Positions 1 to 9,729 of a stretch of 64,000 nt of DNA are shown piece after piece; within the stretch, counting starts at the first letter, position 1; each line of letters opens with the position of its first letter. The notes under the pieces are model-generated. The model searched no databases, was not told the DNA's origin, and saw only the letters and a program-made list of their open reading frames with translations. The stretch comes from Draconibacterium sp. GTDB lineage: Bacteria; Bacteroidota; Bacteroidia; Bacteroidales; Prolixibacteraceae. Made by a program: the position numbers and the translations under genes. The stretch lies in assembly GCA_011620585.1 (NCBI GenBank), contig WOYV01000111.1, positions 81,544 through 145,543 of the forward strand. Direction: 5' to 3'.

Positions 1-713
1 ATCCTTTGCCACAATTAGAAGTTAGAAATATAGAAGATGTTGAATATTTTGCATTGAAATTACGCGAAAAATGGGAGTTGGGCACCGATCCAATATTTAA
101 CGTTTCCGAATTGCTCGAAGAAAAAAATGTAAAAGTAATTGAGTTTGATGCAGAGGATGCGTTTGATGGACTACAAACTTGGGTAAATGGGAAAGAAATA
201 CCGGTTATTGTTTTAAACAAAGCAAAATTCAAATCGAAAAAAGATAGAAAAAGATTCACTGCTTTTCATGAGCTTGGACATCTGTTAATGCCGTTTGAGG
301 AAAATATCGAAGAAAAACTCGAAGAGAAATTTTGTCATCGGTTTGCAAGCGCAATGTTACTCCCTAAAGATGCTGTAATTAAAGAGTTTGGAGAGAAAAG
401 AAATAAAATCTCCATTCAGGAATTAGGATTTTTAAAAGAACAATACGGTATCTCTATACAAGCGATAATTTACAGATTGTCCGATTTAAGAATTATCTCA
501 GATAGCTATCGGAATTATTATTACAGATATATCAATCAAATGGGATGGAAAGTTGACGAACCTTATGAGTATCAGGGAAAAGAAGAATCAAATCGATTTG
601 ACCAGTTGATATTCAGGGCATTGTCTGAGGATATTATTTCCATGGGCAAAGCTGCGGCACTAAATAATATGAAGCTTTCTGAATTCCGTTCAAAAACTTT
701 AATGGTAGGATGA
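1..713 (+). CDS. ImmA/IrrE-family (Peptidase_M78) zinc metallopeptidase domain protein, 5' end outside window
   Basis: The reading frame is open to nt 1, and the TTG at nt 6 is only the ORF-finder start. The HExxH motif lies in FTAFHELGHLL, followed by the usual helical C-terminal region. Homologues normally carry an N-terminal XRE-type HTH, which would lie left of the window. Confidence 0.7.
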   Translation, partial: PLPQLEVRNIEDVEYFALKLREKWELGTDPIFNVSELLEEKNVKVIEFDAEDAFDGLQTWVNGKEIPVIVLNKAKFKSKKDRKRFTAFHELGHLLMPFEENIEEKLEEKFCHRFASAMLLPKDAVIKEFGEKRNKISIQELGFLKEQYGISIQAIIYRLSDLRIISDSYRNYYYRYINQMGWKVDEPYEYQGKEESNRFDQLIFRALSEDIISMGKAAALNNMKLSEFRSKTLMVG

Positions 714-1219
714 AGTTAGCCGTTACAGATGCATGTATATTTATTGATCTTATTGAATTACGGTTAACCTCTGAATTCTTTAAGCTCCCGATAGAGATTC
801 ATACTTCTTTGGACGTATACAATGAGTTATACCCTGAACAAAAAGAAATATTAAAAGCTTATGGTTCAGTAGGAAAACTTACGATTCACAATCTAACACC
901 TTGGGATAAAACTGAAATACAAAAGATACAATTTCCAAAGTCGCTTTCAGATAACGATAAAACAGTCATCTATTTAGCAGAAAAAATGAAAGCGACAGTC
1001 ATCAGCAGTGACAAAGCGGTAAGAAATTTTGCTAAATCTAAAGCAATAGAATACCACGGAATGCTTTGGATTTTTGATCGGGTTGTTGAGTTTGGGCTAA
1101 TTGACCCTCTAGTTGCAATCGAAAAGTTGCAATCTTTATTTTCCAGAAATGTCATTTATCTGAATAACGTTTTATTAATCTCTGAATTGAACAAAAGAGT
1201 GCGTAAATGGAGTGAGTAA
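710..1219 (+). CDS. PIN-like domain protein (putative nuclease)
   Basis: ATGA start/stop overlap with the upstream ORF. Acidic positions LAVTDACIFIDL, VYNEL, SDNDKTVIYLAEK and VISSDKAV are spaced as in PIN-fold nucleases. The family is not verified. Confidence 0.5.
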   Translation: MKLAVTDACIFIDLIELRLTSEFFKLPIEIHTSLDVYNELYPEQKEILKAYGSVGKLTIHNLTPWDKTEIQKIQFPKSLSDNDKTVIYLAEKMKATVISSDKAVRNFAKSKAIEYHGMLWIFDRVVEFGLIDPLVAIEKLQSLFSRNVIYLNNVLLISELNKRVRKWSE

Positions 1220-1290
1220 CATTGGCTTTCACGTTTATGATTCTGTCCAGATCTTCACTATACATTAGCCCATTGAAAGAGCAAATTATA

Positions 1291-2349
1291 TCAGATAATT
1301 TTTGCATCAATCAACTGCTGAAACATTTCGTTTATCGATTCGGAAAGTGGGCGGTAATTAATTTTCAACTCTTTAATGCTTTTCGAGTTATCTGCAACAA
1401 AAGGATACCCGATGTTACGCGAAATATATTTCCTGGTCAGTAACTTGTTTATCATAGGGCCAAGCAGCCAGATCAGAAACTTGGGCGTTTCTTTTTTAGG
1501 CAGGGGAAATTTATCTCCGTATTTTGGCAGAAGGGTTTGTGCGATTTCCAAAAACCAGGTGTTGTAACCTGATACAATGTGACGACCTTTTGCTTCGGGG
1601 AAAAATCCTGCATTGTAATGTGCCAGTGCAACATCGCGAACATCAACAACACCCATTCCAATCTTTGGTACCCCACTTTTCATGCTGCCATTGCCCAGTT
1701 GTTTTACCAGGTTGAAACTTTCGGAAGTTACATTTTCAGGATTAATCGCAGGTCCGATAACAAGGCTGGGATTAATAACCACCAAATCCCAACGCGATTG
1801 ACCATTATTAATACGCCAGGCCTCCTGCTCGGCCAGCGTTTTGGAATAAGAATAAGGTTGGTGTTTTAATGATGAACTGTTATTCCAGACGTCTTCTGTA
1901 AAAATGCCTTTAGGTGTATCTTTTATATCGATATTATCACCGTAAATGGCGGCGCAGCTACTGGTGAGGACCACTCGTTTAACCGAATCGGTTTTGTTTA
2001 CCTGCTCCAGTACATTCCGGGTTCCGAGTTTGGCCGGGTCAATCAATTCTTTTTGCGGATCTGTAATCTCTGATGTAAATGGCGAGGCAGTATGAAAAAC
2101 CAGTTCGCAACCTTGCATGGCTTCTGCGTATGAACCTTCTTTTAAAAGATCGCTTTTAAAATAGCGGATTCTTCCTTTTGATTTTTCTGCTAATTCATCA
2201 AGGTATTTTAATTTGTGCTTGTTTTCAGGGTCACGAACAGCTGCGTGCACAGTTATTCCTTCGTCGAGCAGTTTTTTTACCAGCCAGCCGGCAACATAAC
2301 CCGTGGCTCCGGTAACCAGTACCGGTTTTGTTTTGTCAATTGTTTTCAT
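1291..2349 (-). CDS. NAD-dependent epimerase/dehydratase family SDR (dihydroflavonol/cinnamoyl-CoA reductase-like aldehyde reductase)
   Basis: Rossmann motif VTGATGYVAGWLVKKLL at the N-terminus and catalytic YSYSK. At 352 aa it is typical of extended SDRs. Confidence 0.8.
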   Translation of the reverse strand: MKTIDKTKPVLVTGATGYVAGWLVKKLLDEGITVHAAVRDPENKHKLKYLDELAEKSKGRIRYFKSDLLKEGSYAEAMQGCELVFHTASPFTSEITDPQKELIDPAKLGTRNVLEQVNKTDSVKRVVLTSSCAAIYGDNIDIKDTPKGIFTEDVWNNSSSLKHQPYSYSKTLAEQEAWRINNGQSRWDLVVINPSLVIGPAINPENVTSESFNLVKQLGNGSMKSGVPKIGMGVVDVRDVALAHYNAGFFPEAKGRHIVSGYNTWFLEIAQTLLPKYGDKFPLPKKETPKFLIWLLGPMINKLLTRKYISRNIGYPFVADNSKSIKELKINYRPLSESINEMFQQLIDAKII

Positions 2350-2506
2350 TCTAAAAATCTTGTCTGATAGTAAAGCAATTAAAAGCCATATTTGTTTCGG
2401 ACGGGTAGTGATTAATGATTGTTTTCATCAATATTTGAAAGAGCCAGCCAAAAAGCGAAATAAAAAATCGTAAATTTAATCCCATCAATTAACTAAACCA
2501 ATAATT

Positions 2507-3476
2507 ATGAAATCTTTAGTATCCCTGGTTTTAACTTTTCTGGTAAGCTCTTTTATGTTTTCGGGTTGCACCGGCAAGAAAGGGAAAAGCGTTGATGATA
2601 TTGTTTCTGCACCGTTGTTTAGGTATCAACAAATGGGACCACGATGGAATAGTTTTGAAAATCCAACAACTGAAAAAGGTACCGGGGGAAAAGAAAACCA
2701 AGGTGCCAAAGGTCACCCATACGATAAACTGCTGGCTGGCGAATCAAAAATTTTGATGGATGTGGAAGGCCCCGGTATAATCACTCGAATGTGGTTTACG
2801 ATCCAGGACCGGTCGCCTGAAATGTTGCGCTCCATTAAAATTGAAATGTTTTGGGATGGAAGTGAGAAACCCGCAGTGTCGGCGCCTTTTGGCGATTTCT
2901 TTGGAAACGGATTGGGAAGAATGGTTTCCCATGAGAACGAATTATTTGCAAATCCTGAAGGAAGGTCGTTTAACTGTTTTATTCCCATGCCATTTAAAAC
3001 AGGGGCAAAGGTTGTGGTAAGCAACGAAGGTGAGACCGACTTGAACATGCTTTTTTACGATATTGATCTGGTAAAAACAAAAAGCTGGAATCCAGACAAT
3101 CCTTACTTTCACTGTTTCTGGAACCGCGATACCGCAACCACTCCCGGAGTTGATTACGAAATACTTCCAAAGATTTCAGGAAAAGGAAGGTTCTTGGGAG
3201 TGAACTTTGGTGTGATTGCGAATCCCTTGTATCAGAAATCTTGGTGGGGCGAGGGCGAAGTAAAAATGTACCTCGATGGGGATGGTGACCTGGCTACTCT
3301 GGTAGGGACCGGGACCGAGGATTACATAGGAACCGCCTGGGGACAGGGCAAATTCATCAACCGGTACACCGGCTGTCTGGTAGCCGACTGCTTATTTTTA
3401 CCTCGACAAGCCTGCAAATGAATTGCCCGTTTTGCAGAATTCTGCGTTTAGGATTTACAAAATCGGCGACGAATAA
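2507..3476 (+). pseudogene. DUF2961 / GH172-family lipoprotein, apparently internally deleted and frameshifted near the 3' end
   Basis: ORF 2507-3421 has a lipoprotein signal (MFSGC) and DUF2961-like blocks (ITRMWFT, FWDGSEKPAVSAPFGDFFG, GTGTEDYIGTAWG). It ends abruptly after YTGCLVAD. A second frame (3384-3476) reads AYFYLDKPANELPVLQNSAFRIYKIGDE*, which resembles the usual family C-terminus. The block between the two is missing. Confidence 0.45.
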
Positions 3477-3488
3477 AAGTTAGTGTAA

Positions 3489-4139
3489 TTACAGCCATTG
3501 CAACATATCGTTCCAAAAATGCTGTCCCAGCCCGACGGTAAACAAGATAAAACCCATGATTCCGTGAAGGATGGTGGCGAATAAAACACTACCGGTTTTG
3601 GAGTAGACATACGCCAGGTACAGTCCGCCTAAAAACGAAAGCACCATTGCCAGCGTGTTAAAATACAGAATATGCGCAAAGCTAAAAGTAATACCACTTG
3701 AAAGGATCATTAGCTGGTCCGTACGGAAGATCTTTTTATACCGCATAAACAGGAACTTCCTGAAAACGATTTCCTGTCCGTAGGCTGAAAAAATGGGATA
3801 AAAGAAAAGCATTGCGATCCAGATCGCCGGATTTCTTCGGGGAAGATTGAAAAGGTTTTCGGGTTCAAAAACCACTACGATCAGCAGCAAAGCTATTCCA
3901 ATGATTAGAATGATCAATAAATGAACAAACCATGTTTTTCGGCTGATGTTCAGGCGAACGAGATCGCGAAGGCGAAAATCCTTTTGCTTCCTGAAATATA
4001 TAATCATTGCAACCAGCACGGGAAGCAGCACTGAGCTTGGGTGAAGGATGCTGTTTTCGACCAGCATAAAGAGCGGTACCCCGAAAAACAAAATCAGGAA
4101 TTCAACCCAATATAATATGGTGCGCGTTCTGGTGTTCAT
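3489..4139 (-). CDS. CPBP family intramembrane metalloprotease (CAAX protease / Abi-like)
   Basis: Polytopic membrane protein with the three CPBP motifs: QEIVFRKF (ExxxR), FSFAHILY (FxxxH) and ILHGIMGF (HxxxN/G). Confidence 0.8.
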   Translation of the reverse strand: MNTRTRTILYWVEFLILFFGVPLFMLVENSILHPSSVLLPVLVAMIIYFRKQKDFRLRDLVRLNISRKTWFVHLLIILIIGIALLLIVVVFEPENLFNLPRRNPAIWIAMLFFYPIFSAYGQEIVFRKFLFMRYKKIFRTDQLMILSSGITFSFAHILYFNTLAMVLSFLGGLYLAYVYSKTGSVLFATILHGIMGFILFTVGLGQHFWNDMLQWL

Positions 4140-4142
4140 GAA

Positions 4143-4808
4143 TTATCTCGAAAGTTGGAGAATGTCTTTTGGATGCAAAATGTTTTCGGGATAACCCTTT
4201 AATACCGTGTTGATCATGGCTTTCCCGAGCTCTGTTGTGCTGACCACCGAGTTGGGTGAAAAGAATTTCATCAGTTTCACCCCCCACATAAAGTAATCGT
4301 ACATAAACTGGTAAGCCTTTGTCCGCGATTTAATTCCGCGTAGTGGAATAATAACCCCCGGCCTAAACATAAACGCCTGTTTAAATCCAAGCTTCAGTAA
4401 ATCGTTTTCGGTTTTACCTTTTACGCGAGCCCACATCGTCCGGCCTTTTTCGGTAGAATCAGTGCCTACTCCCGAAACATAGTTAAAGGTCATTAGGGGA
4501 TTTAATTTTACCAATTCGCGGGCTAATCCGAGTGTGAGGTCGTAGGTGAGATGATGATATTCAGACTCTTTTAATCCAACCGAACTTACTCCCATGCAAA
4601 AAAAGCAGGCATCGTAGCCCTTCAAATCAAAAGCCGTTTCCGAAAAATCGGAAAAATCTTTATGGATCAGTTCGTTGAGTTTCGCGTGTTTCATATCCAC
4701 CGGGTTTCTTCCAATCGCCAACACTTCGTTAACAGAATTATGATCGGTGCATTCAAGCAAAACGCCTTTTCCGACCATTCCTGTTGCACCTGTAATAATT
4801 ACTTTCAT
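4143..4808 (-). CDS. NAD(P)H-binding (atypical SDR / epimerase-like) protein
   Basis: N-terminal MKVIITGATGMVGKG Rossmann motif. It is 221 aa and tightly packed between the flanking genes (1-3 nt gaps), which implies an operon. Confidence 0.75.
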   Translation of the reverse strand: MKVIITGATGMVGKGVLLECTDHNSVNEVLAIGRNPVDMKHAKLNELIHKDFSDFSETAFDLKGYDACFFCMGVSSVGLKESEYHHLTYDLTLGLARELVKLNPLMTFNYVSGVGTDSTEKGRTMWARVKGKTENDLLKLGFKQAFMFRPGVIIPLRGIKSRTKAYQFMYDYFMWGVKLMKFFSPNSVVSTTELGKAMINTVLKGYPENILHPKDILQLSR

Positions 4809-4809
4809 A

Positions 4810-5916
4810 TTATTCGGGGTTAAGAGTTAAAATTACGATTTCGCTTTTTGTTCCTACGCGCATTGGGGGCCCAAAAGTGCCCACGCCCTGTGAGGTGTAA
4901 ATTCGGGTCCCTTTGTAATTGTGGAGGCCTTTATCGTATTTGTAAATCATGCCCACTACAAAATTGAAGGGGAATAACTGCCCGTTGTGTGTATGTCCGG
5001 CAAGGTACAGGTCTACTCCATGTGCATTGGCATATTCAATTCCGTCGGGGCTGTGGTGAAGCAAGACTGTTGGCTGGGCAGGGAAAATATTTAAACTGTC
5101 GAGTACACTTTGAATGCTTGGTTTATTGCCGGTTCCATGCATTCCGGGCGAATTATCCGTGGCCCGCATGTGATCCAGACCGATAATCTGGATTTGGTTA
5201 AAATGTGTTATTTCATTTTCAAGGACGGTAACCCCAATTTCACGCAGGTTCTTTTTTACTTCTTCGGCACCGGAATAACCATCGTGATTGCCTTCTACAA
5301 AGTAAGCAGGTGCATTTAGTTTTTTCAAAGGTTCCAGGCTTGCTGTATTCAAGCGGATACGTCCGTCGAAAAGATCGCCGGTAATAAATACGACATCCGG
5401 GTTTTGTGCATTGGTTTTATCAACAATTCGTTGCAGGGTGTTTACGCCCCAAAAATGCCCAATATGAATATCAGAAAGATGAGCAACTTTAAGCTCGTTT
5501 TTTAATCCTTTCATCGGGATTTCAACCTTGCTTATTCGTTGGTATTGGGCGTTTAATATCCCGCCCGTGGTTACTGCAACTGCCAGTACAAGCGCAGCTG
5601 CACCTAAAATCCGGGGAGCCAACTTAATAAGAATATTCAGCAGATCGACGAATGCAACCGAGAGCAGGAGATACAATAGAAATCCCATGACAATGGACGC
5701 CAGAATGTAAATCCAGTTGGCAAAAGTTCCCTGTGCATTGGTAGTGCTTATGATTCCGGCAATCATAAAAACTGTGAGAGCCCCAAAACTTATGTACAGG
5801 AAGCGGGCATTGCGCAGTTCAAAATAAAACGAAAACCGCCGGGCCAGGTAGATATTTGCACTGGCCAACAGGCCAAGAAACAGGATTAGTATGATATACG
5901 GGATAATTTGTTTCAT
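4810..5916 (-). CDS. Membrane-anchored metallophosphoesterase (calcineurin-like, YkuE-type)
   Basis: About four N-terminal TM helices, then the phosphoesterase motifs LSDIHIGH, GDLFDG, GNHD and GHTHNG. Confidence 0.85.
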   Translation of the reverse strand: MKQIIPYIILILFLGLLASANIYLARRFSFYFELRNARFLYISFGALTVFMIAGIISTTNAQGTFANWIYILASIVMGFLLYLLLSVAFVDLLNILIKLAPRILGAAALVLAVAVTTGGILNAQYQRISKVEIPMKGLKNELKVAHLSDIHIGHFWGVNTLQRIVDKTNAQNPDVVFITGDLFDGRIRLNTASLEPLKKLNAPAYFVEGNHDGYSGAEEVKKNLREIGVTVLENEITHFNQIQIIGLDHMRATDNSPGMHGTGNKPSIQSVLDSLNIFPAQPTVLLHHSPDGIEYANAHGVDLYLAGHTHNGQLFPFNFVVGMIYKYDKGLHNYKGTRIYTSQGVGTFGPPMRVGTKSEIVILTLNPE

Positions 5917-5985
5917 GAGCTTTTTAATAACTTGTTATTTGCTTAATCATATGTAAGTACTTACTTATTTTGAACTTAAAATTTT

Positions 5986-6507
5986 TTACAAATCGTACTT
6001 CTTTAACAACAATTGTATTATTTCGTCCTGGTTGGTTTCCGGGCCTGTTAGCAAAGACGAACCTATTCCTTCGATAAAAAGGATGAGTAGTTTAGCTTCC
6101 GACCCAGGTAACTGGTATCCAAGTTTATGAAAAGCATTTGCTAATGCCATTTTCACAGGTTCCATTTTTTTGTCACCACTAATCTCCAGCTCCCATTTTA
6201 GTTTGAACTGCAGTTTCCAGAAATCATAATCAGATGGGTCTATTTTCGTGGTCATTGTAATGGTCTTGCGCAAAACTTCTTTTGGATCGGTTTCCATTAC
6301 GATATCTACAAAAAGCGATTTCAAACGACTCTCACCTTCCTCTAAAATGGCCATCACCAAGCCTTCCTTATTTTTGTAATGTCTGAAAATCAGACCTTCG
6401 GAAACACCTGCCGCCTTTGCGACTTTGCTGGTAGATGTGGCATGATATCCTTCGCATGCAAATAATTGCAATGCAGCTTGTAATATTTTTTCCTGTTTCT
6501 CTGTCAT
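5986..6507 (-). CDS. TetR/AcrR family transcriptional regulator
   Basis: N-terminal HTH ILQAALQLFACEGYHATSTSKVAKAAGVSEGLIFRHYKNKEGL. It is 173 aa and sits at the head of the minus-strand operon. Confidence 0.9.
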   Translation of the reverse strand: MTEKQEKILQAALQLFACEGYHATSTSKVAKAAGVSEGLIFRHYKNKEGLVMAILEEGESRLKSLFVDIVMETDPKEVLRKTITMTTKIDPSDYDFWKLQFKLKWELEISGDKKMEPVKMALANAFHKLGYQLPGSEAKLLILFIEGIGSSLLTGPETNQDEIIQLLLKKYDL

Positions 6508-6718
6508 GCAAAAGTGAGTAATCGCTTACAAAAATACAGACATTATTTAATGTTCCAAATAATTTTAAAAATTAGAGTGTTCGAAACCGCGTCGATATAA
6601 ATAATGCAACACTTGAATGGCTTCGTTGTTTTAGTAATTCCTGACCAGTTTCAGTGAAACTTACACTTTAGTTTTATATCGTAGTACATCTTTTTCCCTT
6701 TTCAGAAACAACCCAAAG

Positions 6719-6740
6719 GGGCTTTCAGCTTTCAAAGCCC
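6719..6740 (-). terminator. Hairpin overlapping the stop codon of the PUL regulator
   Basis: GGGCTTT (6719-6725) pairs with AAAGCCC (6734-6740) across an 8-nt loop. On the minus strand it is followed by the T-rich stretch CTTTGGGTTGTTT. Confidence 0.35.
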
Positions 6741-9551
6741 AAGTATCACATCTATAAGGCTGTTGTCGTGTTCAATATTCATTTTCTTTCGTAAACGGTA
6801 GCGGTGGTTTTCCACTCCACGTACCGAAATCCCCAGCAAGGGTGCAATTTCTTTCGACGAAAGGTTCATTCGCAGGTATGCGCTGAGTTGAAGGTCGCTG
6901 GGAGTGAGTTCTGGAAATTTTTCTTTCATTTTTTTGAAAAACTGTTCGTGCGCGCGTTCAAAATTGGTTTCGAATACCTGCCAGTCGTCACGGTTCGAGA
7001 TGTTTTCGTCGATTTTTTTATTCAGATAATTAACATATTTGTCGGGATACCGTGAACCCAGTTCGGATTTTTGGTTTTGAATAATCTTTTTAAGATCAAG
7101 CAGGAACTCGTTCTTTTTGATGATCCCCATCGTGGAGTTAGCCAGTTCCTTGCTTTTATGACTTACTTCTGCCTGCAATTTTTCGTTACGTAATCGGATC
7201 AATTCTTTTTCGCGTTCTTCGTGTTGATGTTTTTCACGTTTCCGGGTTTGCCTTATTCCCCACATTCGGAATAACAACAGTAACCCAATTAGAAAAACGG
7301 TATAAAATAAAATAGCCCAGCGCGATGCAAACAGCGGGGGAAGTACTTCGAAAGGCAAAGAATAAACCTGGCTTTCGTTGTTCCATGAATCTACCGCTTT
7401 TACATTTAAGGTATATTTTCCACGAGGCAACCTGATCAGGCTGAACTGCGAATTTCTTGTTTTTCCCGACCACTCCGCATCGAGCCCCTCAAGGCGGTAC
7501 TGATAGTAAACCGGCAGATCCGAAATCAATGGAAAGGAAAAACGGAAAAAAAGGTTATTCAACGAGTGCTTGATCTTTGGATGCCTTGTATTTAACGGTA
7601 GCAGTACTTTTTCTTCCCGATTGTTACGTAGTTCGATATGTTGAAGAGACGGCCTTAGTTTACTGATTTCGTCTCCGCTTGGATTGGTAATCGAGGCGTC
7701 GAGATATGCAATTCCATTTTGCAGGCAAAGCATGGCACTGTATTCGTTTAAAGGAAGGAGGTTTTCAAAACCTTCAACAAGGAATAGATCATTAAAAAGT
7801 GAAGTTGGAAACTCTTTGATCAGCTTAACTTCGTCCTGAACGATCGAAAACAGGCCCATCGATTCGGTTCCGATAAACCAGTAATTATGATTCGGCGCCG
7901 GGATAATTCGATGCGAAGTTTTATAATCCCCAATGTTAGTCATCAGCGGTTCGTATTCCACAATCGAATCCTGAAGATCGTCGTAAGTATATATTTTTTC
8001 TCCGGTGGTGAATACGATCCGGTTCTCGATTTTAAAAACATTGATAAAGTTTTCTTTTCCAAAAACTTCTGCTCCGTAATAATTCGATTCGAGTACTCTT
8101 TTTCGGTCGTCGTCAACCGTTAATTTGTAAATACCACGGTGCATGTGGCTCGCCCATATATTCCCAACATGATCGAATTCAATGTACTGGATCAGGTCGG
8201 CAAAACCATCTATTTTATTTCGGTAAATAATGCCGCCTGGCGTTTTATTAAACACCACCAGGTTATTGTAGGTCGATTGCAGAATCAATTCAGGGTGAAG
8301 GGGGTCCCCGATAAAATTAAACCCGCCCGATTCTGTAGATATCTGATGCGAGGTCCCATTTTTTAGTACAAAAGTTCCCTGGTTGTGTCCTACAAGTAAC
8401 TCATCGTCGAAAACTTTTAATTCCCAAATCTGATCCTGGGTTTGTGGGACCAGGTGTATTTCCGGGTTCCCGGGGTCGAGGCTTTTCTCAAATAAACCCT
8501 GGTTAGTTCCCAAATAAAGCTTGTTTTCGAATATGGCAGTTGAATAAATGGCGCCGGTTCCCGGAAGCTTTTCAATCGAAAAACTTCGGTTCTGATTTCC
8601 GGCAACAAAACCGATACCTACATCAAGAGCTAACCAAATATTTCCCCAATCATCTGTATCGATACCTAGAACAGTGTTATTTAAAAGACCGTTTCCGCTA
8701 TTCAGTTTCATTTCCGGTGTCCCGGATTCATCAAAAACCACTATCCCATCAATCAGCGTTCCGACAATCACTTTGCCGTTCTCGGTAAATTTGGCACGGT
8801 TAAGTTCGTTCTTGATAAAATAATCGGTCCATGCTTGATTCCATTGATGCAATTCGGTGCCATCCCAAAGGAAAATCCCGTGAGCAGCTGTTCCTACTAA
8901 TAGTTGATTGTTTTTAAAAGGAATAATAAATTTTATCAGTTTCCCGGTCAGAAGCTCATTTTCAATAAAAGGGTGCGCTTCATATCCATCGATTTCATAA
9001 ATCCCGCGGTTGCGAAGCGCCACCAGAATTTTCCCATTCACTTCATTCATCACCGCAATCTGTCCTTCCAGGGTTACCGGCGCCACCGAATCGTTGTGGT
9101 ATGCGAGTATCTTTGAAAAAGCCTGAAAATAAACAAAGTCCTTGCGAATCCCGATGTTCCAGAATTCGATATTGTTTGGAAAATAAGAACGGTCTTCAGG
9201 ATTGAGCGACGTATAACTAAGGTCGCCATTTTCATCCTTTTTCCAAAAGCCCATTTCCATGTAGCCTCCGGTATAAATAAGTGAATCGGATTGAGCTTTT
9301 GCGCAACGCAATATTGTTTGATTGGGTAGGTTATTCAATTTCCAGTTTGTACCGTCGAAAACCAACAACCCGGTGTGATTGGCAAAATAAAGATACCCTG
9401 TTCCGGCGTTACATACACTCCAGTTTTGCCGGGCACCCAGGTAGTCGTTCTGATTAAATGAAATTACACCCCGAACATCGTCGAAAGACCACCCGGAGAA
9501 AACCGGAAAGAGTATTAAGAGAATAAAGATTATTTTTTTTGGAGTGTTCAT
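6732..9551 (-). CDS. Transmembrane one-component regulator: periplasmic two-component-regulator propeller repeats + Y_Y_Y domain, TM helix, coiled coil, C-terminal LuxR/GerE HTH
   Basis: Signal/anchor at the N-terminus and long beta-propeller-like repeats. Triple-tyrosine block VYYQYRLEGLDAEWSGK...GKYTLNVKAVD. TM segment WAILFYTVFLIGLLLLF and coiled coil REKELIRLRNEKLQAEV. C-terminal LTPSDLQLSAYLRMNLSSKEIAPLLGISVRGVENHRYRLRKKM. I see no HisKA, HATPase, receiver or AraC domains. Confidence 0.85.
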   Translation of the reverse strand: MNTPKKIIFILLILFPVFSGWSFDDVRGVISFNQNDYLGARQNWSVCNAGTGYLYFANHTGLLVFDGTNWKLNNLPNQTILRCAKAQSDSLIYTGGYMEMGFWKKDENGDLSYTSLNPEDRSYFPNNIEFWNIGIRKDFVYFQAFSKILAYHNDSVAPVTLEGQIAVMNEVNGKILVALRNRGIYEIDGYEAHPFIENELLTGKLIKFIIPFKNNQLLVGTAAHGIFLWDGTELHQWNQAWTDYFIKNELNRAKFTENGKVIVGTLIDGIVVFDESGTPEMKLNSGNGLLNNTVLGIDTDDWGNIWLALDVGIGFVAGNQNRSFSIEKLPGTGAIYSTAIFENKLYLGTNQGLFEKSLDPGNPEIHLVPQTQDQIWELKVFDDELLVGHNQGTFVLKNGTSHQISTESGGFNFIGDPLHPELILQSTYNNLVVFNKTPGGIIYRNKIDGFADLIQYIEFDHVGNIWASHMHRGIYKLTVDDDRKRVLESNYYGAEVFGKENFINVFKIENRIVFTTGEKIYTYDDLQDSIVEYEPLMTNIGDYKTSHRIIPAPNHNYWFIGTESMGLFSIVQDEVKLIKEFPTSLFNDLFLVEGFENLLPLNEYSAMLCLQNGIAYLDASITNPSGDEISKLRPSLQHIELRNNREEKVLLPLNTRHPKIKHSLNNLFFRFSFPLISDLPVYYQYRLEGLDAEWSGKTRNSQFSLIRLPRGKYTLNVKAVDSWNNESQVYSLPFEVLPPLFASRWAILFYTVFLIGLLLLFRMWGIRQTRKREKHQHEEREKELIRLRNEKLQAEVSHKSKELANSTMGIIKKNEFLLDLKKIIQNQKSELGSRYPDKYVNYLNKKIDENISNRDDWQVFETNFERAHEQFFKKMKEKFPELTPSDLQLSAYLRMNLSSKEIAPLLGISVRGVENHRYRLRKKMNIEHDNSLIDVILGL

Positions 9552-9729
9552 ATCGTTTGCTAACGGTGAAAGAGCATAATAATTTCTGTTTTTAAGACCA
9601 ATTTGTATGAATTTACCCTCAATCTTACAAAATTATCAATAATTATTTTCTGCGGATCTAAAAAACGACTTATTATTCCGAATTCATAAAACTCAGTAAA
9701 GCAGTTATATAGAATAAGAATATGATTAG

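Noticed and set aside
6510-6530. Imperfect palindrome GTGAGTAATCGCTTAC next to the TetR start codon as a TetR operator
   Set aside because: Only 5 of 8 half-site positions are complementary, so it cannot be distinguished from chance by eye.
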